A stretch of 64,000 nt of DNA from Alphaproteobacteria bacterium (GTDB lineage: Bacteria; Pseudomonadota; Alphaproteobacteria; RF32; CAG-239), in assembly GCA_017464685.1 (NCBI GenBank), contig JAFTYO010000008.1, positions 53,820-117,819 of the forward strand, read 5' to 3'. This document shows positions 9,310-19,866 of this stretch, piece after piece (within the stretch, counting starts at the first letter, position 1; each line of letters opens with the position of its first letter). Under the pieces are notes generated by a model that saw only the letters and a program-made list of their open reading frames with translations, was not told where the DNA came from and searched no databases. The position numbers were made by a program, and so were the translations under genes.

Positions 9310-10095
9310 ATGAAAATAATATATTGCGGTGATGTTGTCGGACGTTCAGGCAGAGATGTTGTACTAAAAAACATTAAACATATACAAGAAAAATATGCAC
9401 CTGATGTTATTGTTGTAAACGCCGAAAATGCAGCTCATGGTTTTGGCCTAACTCCGTGTATTTGTCGTGATTTTTTTGCCGCAGGTGTCGATGCAATTAC
9501 AACCGGAAATCATGTTTATGACCAACGTGAAATTATCCCTTTTTTAGATGATTGCAAAAAAATTGTCAGACCGCTTAACTTTCCTGAAGGCAATGTCGGA
9601 CGCGGTATTTGCGAAATAGAAACCGCTAACGGCAAAAAACTTTTGGTTGTTCAGGTTATGGGACGCGCATTTATGGAAGCTCTCGATTGTCCGGTTCAGG
9701 CTTTGGAAAAAGTGTTAAAAAACTATATTTTAGGTGCCAATATATCAGCAATTTTGGTTGATATTCATGCTGAAGCCACCGCCGAAAAACTCAGTTTTGC
9801 CTATTTGTTTGATGGCAAGGTTTCTATTGTTGCCGGCACGCATACCCATATTCCAACTGCCGACGCCAGAATTTTACCTAAAAAAACTGCTTATATAACA
9901 GATGTCGGAATGTCCGGTGATTATAATTCCGTTCTCGGTTTTGAACCTATTGCCTCAATCAGAAGATTGTGCAAAAAATTTCCATCTGAAAGGCTGGTGC
10001 CGGCAAAAGGAGAAGGTACACTCTATGCCATATATGTCACAACCGACGACAAAAGCGGCTTGGCAACACATATCGAACAAATTGTGCTAAAATAA
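9310..10095 (+). CDS. ymdB: YmdB-family metallophosphoesterase (2',3'-cyclic-nucleotide phosphodiesterase-like)
   Basis: 261 aa. Motifs MKIIYCGDVVGRSGR, VVNAENAAHGFG, TTGNH and GTHTHIPTAD are typical of the YmdB/TIGR00282 calcineurin-like family. Confidence 0.8.
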   Translation: MKIIYCGDVVGRSGRDVVLKNIKHIQEKYAPDVIVVNAENAAHGFGLTPCICRDFFAAGVDAITTGNHVYDQREIIPFLDDCKKIVRPLNFPEGNVGRGICEIETANGKKLLVVQVMGRAFMEALDCPVQALEKVLKNYILGANISAILVDIHAEATAEKLSFAYLFDGKVSIVAGTHTHIPTADARILPKKTAYITDVGMSGDYNSVLGFEPIASIRRLCKKFPSERLVPAKGEGTLYAIYVTTDDKSGLATHIEQIVLK

Positions 10096-10112
10096 TTTTC
10101 ACATCATCCTAA

Positions 10113-11870
10113 CTATGAGCAAGTTCCGTAGTCTTCATCTACACCCGTACAAGTTTTTGTAAAGGTGCCACTGCACTCAGACCTTGGAGTACCCGAGCAA
10201 AGCTTGGTGTAACATACTTTACCAATTGTGGGGCTTATAGGGACATACAGACCGGAATCTTTATCTACATTACTATAATCATCATAATCATAGTATCCCG
10301 CAATAGCACAATCTCTTATGTACCAACACCCGTTGGACCCTTGTCCACATCTATAATTAATGTAAGCCTTGATACAATCAGTTTCTGTTTCATATGTGCA
10401 TTTACATTCACCATATACCACCCATCCTTTTGCAGTACAAGTGGGTGTGAAATCTTTATCACAGGTAGCTTCCGGAACACCTTCACAAATGTTTTTGTAG
10501 CAAGTTTTTCCCATTAGCCCTACTTTTTGGGTAAACATATAAACACCCGAATATATATCTATATCATCTCTTGCATCATAATCATACATGCCGGCAGCCT
10601 CACAAGTTTCATAAAACTTATGTTTTTCTTCGCAACAAGCCTTTATTTCACCTTTATTCGTTGCGTACAAATAGCAGTTTTGATAATTATATTCATCCGT
10701 AGCAGAACATGTGTACTGATAAGGAGTTTCGGAACAACTAGAATATTCAGAAGAGCAATATCCGCAACCATTGCTATCTTGTCCGGCAAGTTTTGTGTAA
10801 AAAAATTCTCCGCTGCCACATTTATCAACATAGGTTATATCGGTTTGAACACAGCCCTCTACACTGGTATGATAACCTTGAGCGCATCCTTCAGGTTTCC
10901 AGCAACCGTTACGACCTTGAACACAATTAGAATATTTGTTAAAACGCAAGCACCATTTTTTGGTAGGATATGGACAATCATCAGACTTTTCACAAAACAG
11001 ATATTTAGAATTAAAAATACATTTCATACCTTTGGTACCATCAGAACAAAGCCCGTCCCCCTTATCCAGAGTTGTATACCCAAGGGCTTGGCAATCGGTA
11101 GTGGTGGTAGGTGTTACGCTACAAAAATATCCGGCCAAATTTCTATTACCTGAAACAGGACAAATTTCAGTTCCGCAAGAATAACAATATCCGAGACCTC
11201 CGCCTCTGTCTACATTATCCAACATACGCGTACAACCTGTCGAGTTCTCTGAACAAGGTTCCGTCGTCCAACTGTCTGCACAATCGCAAAAGCTATAAAA
11301 TGATTTTCCGGTACTATCCGTACATTTTGATGCCAATTTGGATTCTTTTAGCCCTTTTTCCTTGCAATCATAAGGGTAAAGAGTTTCCGAACATCCGCAA
11401 GATTTGTAATGAGGAGTTCTATCTGCCGGATCAACACACGAATCAGCAGCAGAAGGATATGTTCCACTATATTCACCACAGCTTTCAAAAGGATAAACTC
11501 GGGTGTTGCAATAAGTATGTTCGGCAGCACAACCGCAAGTGGCATCATAATCTCCCCTGCATATATAATCATTGCTCGGCATAGCATAATTACCCGATTT
11601 ACAGGTACATTTATAATACGTCCTTCCGTTTTTCTTACATGTTTCAGAATTATAATTTGAAGGGCAAGGTGTGGTTCTGGTATATCCATCGCAATCTGTA
11701 ACAACCTCTCCGACCATGCACCCATCTCCGGCTAACACTCCGGGTAAAAAACAAACTTTTGCATCTGCATTGTAAGGATACAGCGACAATAATAAAAAAA
11801 GACAAACTGCACGCAATTTATACATACCGAATAACCCTAAAAATTTAAGCTGTTTTAAAGAGTATACCAT
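10113..11870 (-). CDS. Secreted cysteine-rich protein, paralog 3 (more divergent)
   Basis: 585 aa with a hydrophobic N-terminal signal; a later start at 11825 (MYKLRAV...) is possible. It is extremely Cys-rich and shares the C..LGY...D and GC..P.GC..GY modules with paralogs 1 and 2. It also carries an internal duplicated module (C.aAG.YDYD....D..SG.Y.....iGK.CY...C). Confidence 0.7.
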   Translation of the reverse strand: MVYSLKQLKFLGLFGMYKLRAVCLFLLLSLYPYNADAKVCFLPGVLAGDGCMVGEVVTDCDGYTRTTPCPSNYNSETCKKNGRTYYKCTCKSGNYAMPSNDYICRGDYDATCGCAAEHTYCNTRVYPFESCGEYSGTYPSAADSCVDPADRTPHYKSCGCSETLYPYDCKEKGLKESKLASKCTDSTGKSFYSFCDCADSWTTEPCSENSTGCTRMLDNVDRGGGLGYCYSCGTEICPVSGNRNLAGYFCSVTPTTTTDCQALGYTTLDKGDGLCSDGTKGMKCIFNSKYLFCEKSDDCPYPTKKWCLRFNKYSNCVQGRNGCWKPEGCAQGYHTSVEGCVQTDITYVDKCGSGEFFYTKLAGQDSNGCGYCSSEYSSCSETPYQYTCSATDEYNYQNCYLYATNKGEIKACCEEKHKFYETCEAAGMYDYDARDDIDIYSGVYMFTQKVGLMGKTCYKNICEGVPEATCDKDFTPTCTAKGWVVYGECKCTYETETDCIKAYINYRCGQGSNGCWYIRDCAIAGYYDYDDYSNVDKDSGLYVPISPTIGKVCYTKLCSGTPRSECSGTFTKTCTGVDEDYGTCS

Positions 11871-11911
11871 AAAACACGAATCGTCAAGAATTTTAATTTA
11901 AAAAACAAAAT

Positions 11912-12433
11912 TTATTGTACTCGTTCTTTCAATTCCAACACATAATTAATGACTTTGCTTTTATCCCAAGTTTCACTTCCTCTCAAACGCCCCACTTCTT
12001 GACCGTTAGTATTAATAATTACCGTATGAGGAGTGGTAAAAATCCCGAAATCGGCGGATAAATCATTATTCTCTTCAACATAAAACTCCAAATCGGCAGC
12101 TCCGTATCTTTTTAGGAAACGACTTTGTTCACCGGTATCAAACCATTCTTCTTTTGGAGAAATCAGAATCAGACGAACACCCTTATCTTTTACTTTGTTA
12201 TGAAAATTGTTAAGGCTTTTAAGTTCTTTTATGCAAGGCGCACAAGTTTTTGACCAAAAATGGGCCAAGACAAAATCTCCCTTAAAATCAGACAGTTTGA
12301 AACTTAGGCCACTTTGATGCATGATTTTGCTTTGCGGCAAGCTTCTGGGTTCGGAATAAATGTTTATGGCCGCATTTGAAACCGCAGAAAAAAGCATTAA
12401 AAAAACTAAAAGAACAATAAGTTTGCTTTTCAC
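11912..12433 (-). CDS. TlpA/ResA-family periplasmic thiol:disulfide oxidoreductase
   Basis: 173 aa with a signal peptide and a thioredoxin-fold active site (FWSKTCAPCIKE, a CxxC motif). Confidence 0.8.
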   Translation of the reverse strand: MKSKLIVLLVFLMLFSAVSNAAINIYSEPRSLPQSKIMHQSGLSFKLSDFKGDFVLAHFWSKTCAPCIKELKSLNNFHNKVKDKGVRLILISPKEEWFDTGEQSRFLKRYGAADLEFYVEENNDLSADFGIFTTPHTVIINTNGQEVGRLRGSETWDKSKVINYVLELKERVQ

Positions 12434-12522
12434 CTGTTAAAATCCTTAAAATTGCTTTGTAATTAAAATTGTTTTTCAATATAATCTTTTTAAACTCGCT
12501 TACAATAAAAAAAGGTTAAAAA

Positions 12523-12657
12523 ATGAAGTTTGTTTGTAAAATTTTTATAAGTTGTATATTGTGCGCAGGTATTTTAAGTTTATCTGCTTGTGGCAAAATA
12601 TCAGACCCGAAACCGATTGATGGTTCGGGATATCCTCATACGTATCCGAAATATTAA
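12523..12657 (+). CDS. Small lipoprotein (44 aa), unknown function
   Basis: Below the ORF-track size cutoff. My translation is MKFVCKIFISCILCAGILSLSACGKISDPKPIDGSGYPHTYPKY, with lipobox LSAC. Its stop lies 10 nt before the vWA start. Confidence 0.55.
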   Translation: MKFVCKIFISCILCAGILSLSACGKISDPKPIDGSGYPHTYPKY

Positions 12658-12667
12658 GAGGTGTTGC

Positions 12668-13357
12668 ATGGAAAACAATAATATGAATGATGATATAATC
12701 CCATATGTCGAATTTGCCGATAATGCTAATGAACGTACCCCTTGCGTCTTAGTGCTTGATTGCTCCGGCTCAATGCGTGGAGAACCTATTTCCCAGCTCA
12801 ATGCCGGATTAAGCGCTCTCGAAAAAGAATTAAAAGAAGACATTGATGCCAGTTCACGTGTACAAATTTTAATTATTAAAGCTTATGGTAAAGACGAAGT
12901 TGTGGTCAGTTCAGATTGGGTTGATGCCATGAATTTTACCGCTCCCACAATGGAAGCAGGTGGTTTGACCCCTTTGGGAAAGGCTATGGAATTGGCTTTG
13001 GAAAAAATTGAAAGCCAGAAAAACTTGTATGATTCGTGCGGTGTGACTTCAAAACGTCCGTGGATTTTTTTAATCAGTGACGGAGAACCCACTGATTACG
13101 GTTGGGAGCAAGCAGCAAAAAAATGTCAAATCGCTCAACAAAATAAAAAAGTGGTGATTCATGCTGTCGGAACTCAAGGTGCAAATTTAGACAAGCTTGC
13201 CAAGTTTTCGCTTAATTCACCAAAACGTTTAACCGGATTAAAATTTACTGAATTTTTCTTGTGGCTCAGTCGTAGTGTTTCTTGCGTATCAAAGGCAGCC
13301 CCAAATGCCGACGAATTGTTTAATAATATTGATGCATGGAATGAAGAACAGAAGTAA
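12668..13357 (+). CDS. vWA-domain protein (TerY-like)
   Basis: The track ORF starts at 12590. I prefer the ATG at 12668 (MENNNMNDD...), preceded by AAGAGG. MIDAS motif: LVLDCSGSM ... GGLTPLG ... FLISDGEPTD. About 229 aa, the size of TerY-type vWA proteins. Confidence 0.8.
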   Translation: MENNNMNDDIIPYVEFADNANERTPCVLVLDCSGSMRGEPISQLNAGLSALEKELKEDIDASSRVQILIIKAYGKDEVVVSSDWVDAMNFTAPTMEAGGLTPLGKAMELALEKIESQKNLYDSCGVTSKRPWIFLISDGEPTDYGWEQAAKKCQIAQQNKKVVIHAVGTQGANLDKLAKFSLNSPKRLTGLKFTEFFLWLSRSVSCVSKAAPNADELFNNIDAWNEEQK

Positions 13358-14087
13358 AAACATAAAAGTGTTATCATCTTGTATCACAGGGGCTTATCAC
13401 AAATCGAAAAATTTACCCTGTCAAGATTATTGTAAACACATCAAAACCGACAACAAAATGGTTGCGGTGGTCTCTGATGGTGCCGGCTCGGCAAAGTTCG
13501 GTAAAATCGGCGCCAAAATTGTATGTGATACACTTTGTGATATTTTGATAAAAGCTTCCGCAACCGATATTAAGCAAAAAATTATTGATGCAATTGAAAT
13601 TTCTCGTCAAAAGCTTATTTTACATCGCTATAACAAAAGCAAAAAAGAGCTTGGTATTATAGATTTTGCCGCAACCGTAGTCGGTGTGTTCTACTACAAA
13701 AACAAAGGTCTCTTTTTTCATATCGGAGATGGTGCCGCTATTGCCATTTTAGGCGATGACAATGCCGTTATCTCCGAGCCCGAAAACGGAATTTTTTCTT
13801 GCGAAACATACTTTTACACCATGGATGATTGGAAAGACAGTTTGCGTTTTACAAACTTTGAAAAAGCAAACAGTTTAATGCTTATGACTGATGGTGTAAC
13901 AAGTTTTGCTTTTAAAAACGATTATGAACAACTGGAAAGAGGCTTTGTTTATCCCATAAACAATTTTTTACACAAATCTACAAATCAACTTAAAGCTATC
14001 AGAGCCTTAAATAACACACTTTCAAATCCAAAAGCACAGAAAATTAATCCTGATGATAAAACATTTTTATGGGTGGGATTAAAATGA
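13341..14087 (+). CDS. PP2C-family Ser/Thr protein phosphatase
   Basis: The track ORF starts at 13275. I prefer the ATG at 13341 (MKNRSKNIKV...), which overlaps the vWA stop by 17 nt. PP2C motifs are present: CQDY, VVSDGAGSAKFG, FHIGDGA and LMTDGV. Confidence 0.78.
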   Translation: MKNRSKNIKVLSSCITGAYHKSKNLPCQDYCKHIKTDNKMVAVVSDGAGSAKFGKIGAKIVCDTLCDILIKASATDIKQKIIDAIEISRQKLILHRYNKSKKELGIIDFAATVVGVFYYKNKGLFFHIGDGAAIAILGDDNAVISEPENGIFSCETYFYTMDDWKDSLRFTNFEKANSLMLMTDGVTSFAFKNDYEQLERGFVYPINNFLHKSTNQLKAIRALNNTLSNPKAQKINPDDKTFLWVGLK

Positions 14088-15541
14088 GTGAAACTGAGTT
14101 TACATATTATAACGCCATATTCAGTGACGGACATTTTGAACGAGAAAAACTCGGCGAACTCTTAAATAAGGGTGGTGCTGCCGGCAAAATATACAAAAGC
14201 ATAACGCACCCGCAACTGGTCGCAAAAATTTTTCATGACAAGAGCAAGAGCCAAACCAACAGACGCAAACTTGAAGCAATGCTCACAAATCGTCCAGCCA
14301 ACAATAAGCTCATTTATGATGGACAAGAAATTATACAAATGACTTGGCCGGAGGCTGTTTTGGAAGATGATCAAGGTTTTTGCGTAGGCTATTTAATGCC
14401 ATTCATTGATACACAAAAAGCAGTATCTCTGGATCATCTCATGCAAAAAGCGGTCAGAAAAAAACTTGGTTTATCCGAAAACTATGCAAATCGTCTGTTT
14501 GCTGCTTATAACATCGCCTCAATTGTTGCATCTCTTCATAAGTGTGGTCATTACATTGTTGACTTAAAACCTTCAAATGTGTTTGTTTACAAAGAAAATA
14601 TGATTGTTGTCATGTTTGACTGTGACGGGTTTTCCATAAAAGGTGATAATATTCGTTATCCGGCAGAATTTGTCAGCGAAGAATATATCTATCCCGAAGG
14701 AATGAGCCAAAACTGTGAACAAATGGGCGAAGAGCAAGATAAATTTGCTTTGGCAGTAATTTTATTCAAACTTTTAAACAATGGTATTCATCCTTTCTCA
14801 GGAACACCTCGAAAGCAAACTGATGAGATGCTTTCAATTCAAAGCCGAATTGAAAATTATCATTATGCTTACGGCTTATGGCCAGATTCTTATCAATCTG
14901 CGCATCCATACAGTATGCACGAATATTTTGATAAAAAAACTCTCAATATGTTTGATAGAGCTTTTGTGAAAAATCAAAAAAGACCGACTGCCAAAGAATG
15001 GCAAGAACATCTTGAAGAACTGTTTAAACAATTAAAAACTTGTAAAAATAATCCGGATCACATTTATTTCACATCTAAAGGTTGCGGACTTTGTGCAATG
15101 GAAGAAAAAATTAAACTAAAATTGCAAAAAATTAAAGATGAAAGTCAAAAGCCGGTAAAAATCAGAGGAATTGAACTCTCTGAACTTTCTAATGAAAAAA
15201 ACAAAGAAATAAAAAAACAAAAGCAACGAGAATTTATAAAACTTAATAAAATAGCTCTTATGGGAATTGTGTTTTATTTTGTTTTCTTTGCCACATTATC
15301 ATTTATCTTGAAACCATATCAGGCTGTTATCACTTCAAACGGTTTGTTTTTACAGCTTTTGCTAATAGCATTGTTTGTGCGCTTGCTGTACAAACTCTTG
15401 CAATTTTTACCGCAAAAATTGCCGCTTTTAAAAAATGATATACTACTTAATATGCTTAAAATTTATGCCTTGATAAACATTTTGATATCTTTTATCATCT
15501 TAAATGGTTTATCTTTTTCGATTTTATCACTCACGGAATAA
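14084..15541 (+). CDS. Membrane-anchored Ser/Thr protein kinase (triad kinase)
   Basis: The start at 14084 forms an ATGA overlap with the phosphatase stop. Kinase motifs: a GGAAGKIY Gly-loop, VAKIF lysine, the YIVDLKPSNVF catalytic loop, a DCDGF (DFG-like) motif, and KFALAVILFKLLNNGIHPF. These are followed by a C-x13-CxxC element, a Lys-rich coiled coil and about three C-terminal TM helices. Confidence 0.8.
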   Translation: MSETEFTYYNAIFSDGHFEREKLGELLNKGGAAGKIYKSITHPQLVAKIFHDKSKSQTNRRKLEAMLTNRPANNKLIYDGQEIIQMTWPEAVLEDDQGFCVGYLMPFIDTQKAVSLDHLMQKAVRKKLGLSENYANRLFAAYNIASIVASLHKCGHYIVDLKPSNVFVYKENMIVVMFDCDGFSIKGDNIRYPAEFVSEEYIYPEGMSQNCEQMGEEQDKFALAVILFKLLNNGIHPFSGTPRKQTDEMLSIQSRIENYHYAYGLWPDSYQSAHPYSMHEYFDKKTLNMFDRAFVKNQKRPTAKEWQEHLEELFKQLKTCKNNPDHIYFTSKGCGLCAMEEKIKLKLQKIKDESQKPVKIRGIELSELSNEKNKEIKKQKQREFIKLNKIALMGIVFYFVFFATLSFILKPYQAVITSNGLFLQLLLIALFVRLLYKLLQFLPQKLPLLKNDILLNMLKIYALINILISFIILNGLSFSILSLTE

Positions 15542-15690
15542 TTTTTTAACATTAGCAAATTTCGTAAATCCCTTATTTTTCAACATTAGTTTCCTTTGGG
15601 ATACTATGCGCATTAAAAGTGCCTACTTTTAATTTACAAAAAAAATGATTATAAACAGGATAATGTTAATTTAAAAAAGAGGAAAAAGCA

Positions 15691-17079
15691 TTGAAAAAAT
15701 TAAACTCCATTATTTTATCAGGTAAAGAGGTTTTGCCGCTTATTGAAGGTGGTAAAGGTATTAATGCCAGCAACGGATACAGCTCGGGTGCATGGGCTCG
15801 GGAAAACTGTGTCGGCACATTTTCCGGTGTAACTCCCGATGTATTAGATAACAACGGTAATGTAATAATGGAAAGTTTTAAAACCAAAAAACGCTTAGAC
15901 AGGCATGAAGAGCTTGTTGAATATGCCATTCAGGGAGGAATTTCACAAGCCAAACTTGCATATGAAATTTCAGGCGGAAACGGACGTATTCATATGAATA
16001 TGCTTTGGGAATTGGCAGATTCACAAAAAATGATTGAATCTATTTTGGAGGGTTCTAAAGGCTTAATCAACGGTGTTACTTGCGGAGCCGGATTGCCTTA
16101 TCAATTGGCAGAATTAACCTCAAAATTCGGGGTTTACTACTACCCGATTGTATCTTCAGCCAGAGCTTTTCAAATTTTATGGAAAAGAGCATATGCAAAA
16201 TGTCCCGAATTTTTAGGCGGTGTGGTTTATGAAGACCCGTGGCTTGCCGGCGGTCATAACGGTTTATCAAATGCCGAAAATCCCAATGAACCCGAAGTGC
16301 CTTACAATCGTTTGGTTGAGTTAAGAAAAACATTACGTACAATCGGTTTGGAAAAAACTCCGATAATTTTAGCCGGTGGTATTTGGAACTTAACAGACTG
16401 GGAAGATTATATCGACAATCCCGAAATCGGCGACATTGCATTTCAGCTTGGAACTCGTCCGATGTTAACTGTTGAAAGTCCCATCAGCGATGCTTGGAAA
16501 CAACTGTTGTTAAACGTTAAAAAAGGTGATGTTATTTTGCAAAAGTTTTCACCGACAGGATTTTATTCCTCAGCAATTAACAATGCCTTTTTAGCCAAGT
16601 TGATTGAGCGTAAAAACAATGAAATTGAATATAAATCTGAGCCAGATGCCGAGTTTTCTTGTGCACTATCATTAAATGCAGCACGTTCGGTTTATATCAA
16701 ACCTCAAGATATGCAAAAAGCCCAAAATCAAATTGATGCAGGGTTGAGCGTAGTGCAAGAAACTCCGGATAATACGGTTGTGTTTTTAACTCCTGCCGAT
16801 TGGCAACAAATGAAAATTGATCGAGCCGAATGCGCGGGTTGTTTGTCACAATGCCAATTTTCTACTTGGTCAAAGGCAACACTTTCTACCGGAAAATTGC
16901 CGGATCCGAGAACATATTGTATCCACAAAACACTTTATGACGGCGGACACGGTGGTGATGTTCAAAATAATTTGATTTTTGCCGGACATCAGGTGTATCG
17001 TTTTGCCGATGATCCGATGTATAAGGAAGGAATTCCAACTACAAAAGAACTCGTTGAAGCTTTGTTAAGAGGAGAATAG
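15691..17079 (+). CDS. Nitronate monooxygenase / 2-nitropropane dioxygenase-family FMN oxidoreductase (long form)
   Basis: 462 aa with a TTG start preceded by AGAGGA. It shows TIM-barrel NMO-like motifs (PLIEGGKGI, GVTCGAGLP, GGHNG, ILAGGIW). The assignment is by motif recall only. Confidence 0.55.
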   Translation: MKKLNSIILSGKEVLPLIEGGKGINASNGYSSGAWARENCVGTFSGVTPDVLDNNGNVIMESFKTKKRLDRHEELVEYAIQGGISQAKLAYEISGGNGRIHMNMLWELADSQKMIESILEGSKGLINGVTCGAGLPYQLAELTSKFGVYYYPIVSSARAFQILWKRAYAKCPEFLGGVVYEDPWLAGGHNGLSNAENPNEPEVPYNRLVELRKTLRTIGLEKTPIILAGGIWNLTDWEDYIDNPEIGDIAFQLGTRPMLTVESPISDAWKQLLLNVKKGDVILQKFSPTGFYSSAINNAFLAKLIERKNNEIEYKSEPDAEFSCALSLNAARSVYIKPQDMQKAQNQIDAGLSVVQETPDNTVVFLTPADWQQMKIDRAECAGCLSQCQFSTWSKATLSTGKLPDPRTYCIHKTLYDGGHGGDVQNNLIFAGHQVYRFADDPMYKEGIPTTKELVEALLRGE

Positions 17080-17108
17080 AAAAAGCAATTTTAATTGATA
17101 GCTATTTT

Positions 17109-17453
17109 TTAAAAAGCTTTTAATCTTTCTCCTAAATCCTGATAAAACTTATTTTCTTTAGCTTTAAGTTTTATATCATCAAGGTTTTCCTTTTGCAAAT
17201 CAATCAGCCTTTCAGCCGCCACCAAGCAAGTATTATTGACAATATCTGCCATGCCGTTATTGATAAAATAGCACTTTTTTATCTCATTTTTTTCATTTAA
17301 ACACTGGATTAAACCTGTATGCAACAACAATACTGTTGGAGCTCTGTCGTCAATAACGGTAAAATTGCCTTGTTCAACCGGCAAAACAACCTTATCGGCA
17401 GTTTCTTTTACATACACATTATCAGGCAAGCAAATGGTTAAAGATATTGTCAT
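17109..17453 (-). CDS. atpC: F1 ATP synthase epsilon subunit
   Basis: 114 aa, located immediately downstream of atpD, with an epsilon-like N-terminal beta-sandwich sequence. Confidence 0.85.
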   Translation of the reverse strand: MTISLTICLPDNVYVKETADKVVLPVEQGNFTVIDDRAPTVLLLHTGLIQCLNEKNEIKKCYFINNGMADIVNNTCLVAAERLIDLQKENLDDIKLKAKENKFYQDLGERLKAF

Positions 17454-17456
17454 ATT

Positions 17457-18929
<1,473 letters not shown>

Positions 18930-18944
18930 CTAAAGAATTCTTCC

Positions 18945-19865
18945 TCATAGTGCCTCAGCACCTGAAATAATTTCGTTAAGTTCGGTTGTAATTGCCGACT
19001 GTCTCATACTGTTATATTTTAAGGTCAAACTATCAATCATATCTTTTGCATTGCGAGTTGCATTGTCCATTGCCGTCATACGAGCTCCTTGTTCGGAAGC
19101 TTGAGAGTTGACCATAGCTGTAAAAATGTTATCAACCACCAACTTTGGCAACAACACATCTAAAAGTTTGAATTTGTCCGGCTCATAATCATAATACGCA
19201 TCTTTAACCTTTAAAAGAGCTAAATCTTCATCGCTGACATATGCATATTTTTCTTCCAAAGGATAAACTTGTTTTACCACCATTTCTCTTGATAATGCCG
19301 AATAAAATTCGCTATATACCAGTTCACAAACATCGCAAGTGCCGTCGGTACAACATTTACCGATAATTTTTCCGATATCAATTGCTTCATAATAAAACAA
19401 GCCGTTAGTCGATACCGATTCATAATGCTCAAGTATCAAATCAGCATAATCTTTTTTTAAGGCTGTATAAATTTTTTTACCGTAACAAACAACCTTAACC
19501 GTTTTACCCATATTTTGCAACTCTTTAATGCGTTTAATAGTAGCCTTAAACACATTTTGATTATAGCTTCCGCAAAGTCCTCTGTCGGAGGAAAATGTAA
19601 ACAATAAATAATGCTTGGCATTTGTTTTTTGACGCAAAACCGATGGCAAAACATAGCTGATTTTTTTTGTTTTTTCTTCTTCTCTAACAGCAACTAAAAT
19701 GCGCTTAACCGCAGTATGTATCATTTCAGAATACGGCTTACTTTTTTCAACCATAATTTGAGCTTTGCGTAAACGAGATGAAGCAACCATTTTCATCGCA
19801 GAAGTAATTTTCTGGGTTGATTTGATGCTCATCTGCCTATTGCGTAACTCTTTTAATCCTGCCAT
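18945..19865 (-). CDS. atpG: F1 ATP synthase gamma subunit
   Basis: The track ORF extends to 19883. The canonical gamma start MAGLKELRNR is at 19865, 1 nt after the atpA stop. Confidence 0.93.
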   Translation of the reverse strand: MAGLKELRNRQMSIKSTQKITSAMKMVASSRLRKAQIMVEKSKPYSEMIHTAVKRILVAVREEEKTKKISYVLPSVLRQKTNAKHYLLFTFSSDRGLCGSYNQNVFKATIKRIKELQNMGKTVKVVCYGKKIYTALKKDYADLILEHYESVSTNGLFYYEAIDIGKIIGKCCTDGTCDVCELVYSEFYSALSREMVVKQVYPLEEKYAYVSDEDLALLKVKDAYYDYEPDKFKLLDVLLPKLVVDNIFTAMVNSQASEQGARMTAMDNATRNAKDMIDSLTLKYNSMRQSAITTELNEIISGAEAL

Positions 19866-19866
19866 A

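Noticed and set aside
10527-11153. 208-aa plus-strand ORF, with neighbouring plus-strand ORFs 10936-11184, 11111-11584 and 11409-11660
   Set aside because: They are antisense to the well-supported cysteine-rich gene at 10113-11870. Their composition is low-complexity Ile/Phe/Thr-rich, typical of reverse-frame artefacts in AT-rich DNA, and they have no RBS.
12590-13340. N-terminal extensions given by the ORF track for the vWA (12590) and PP2C (13275) genes. The same issue affects hxlR (29599), virB7 (41794), pepP (26035), pilL (57202), pilN (57983) and pilP (60894)
   Set aside because: In each case an internal ATG is preceded by a good Shine-Dalgarno sequence at 5-9 nt and gives the canonical family N-terminus or a proper signal peptide or lipobox. 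The extension would overlap the upstream gene or add non-conserved residues.
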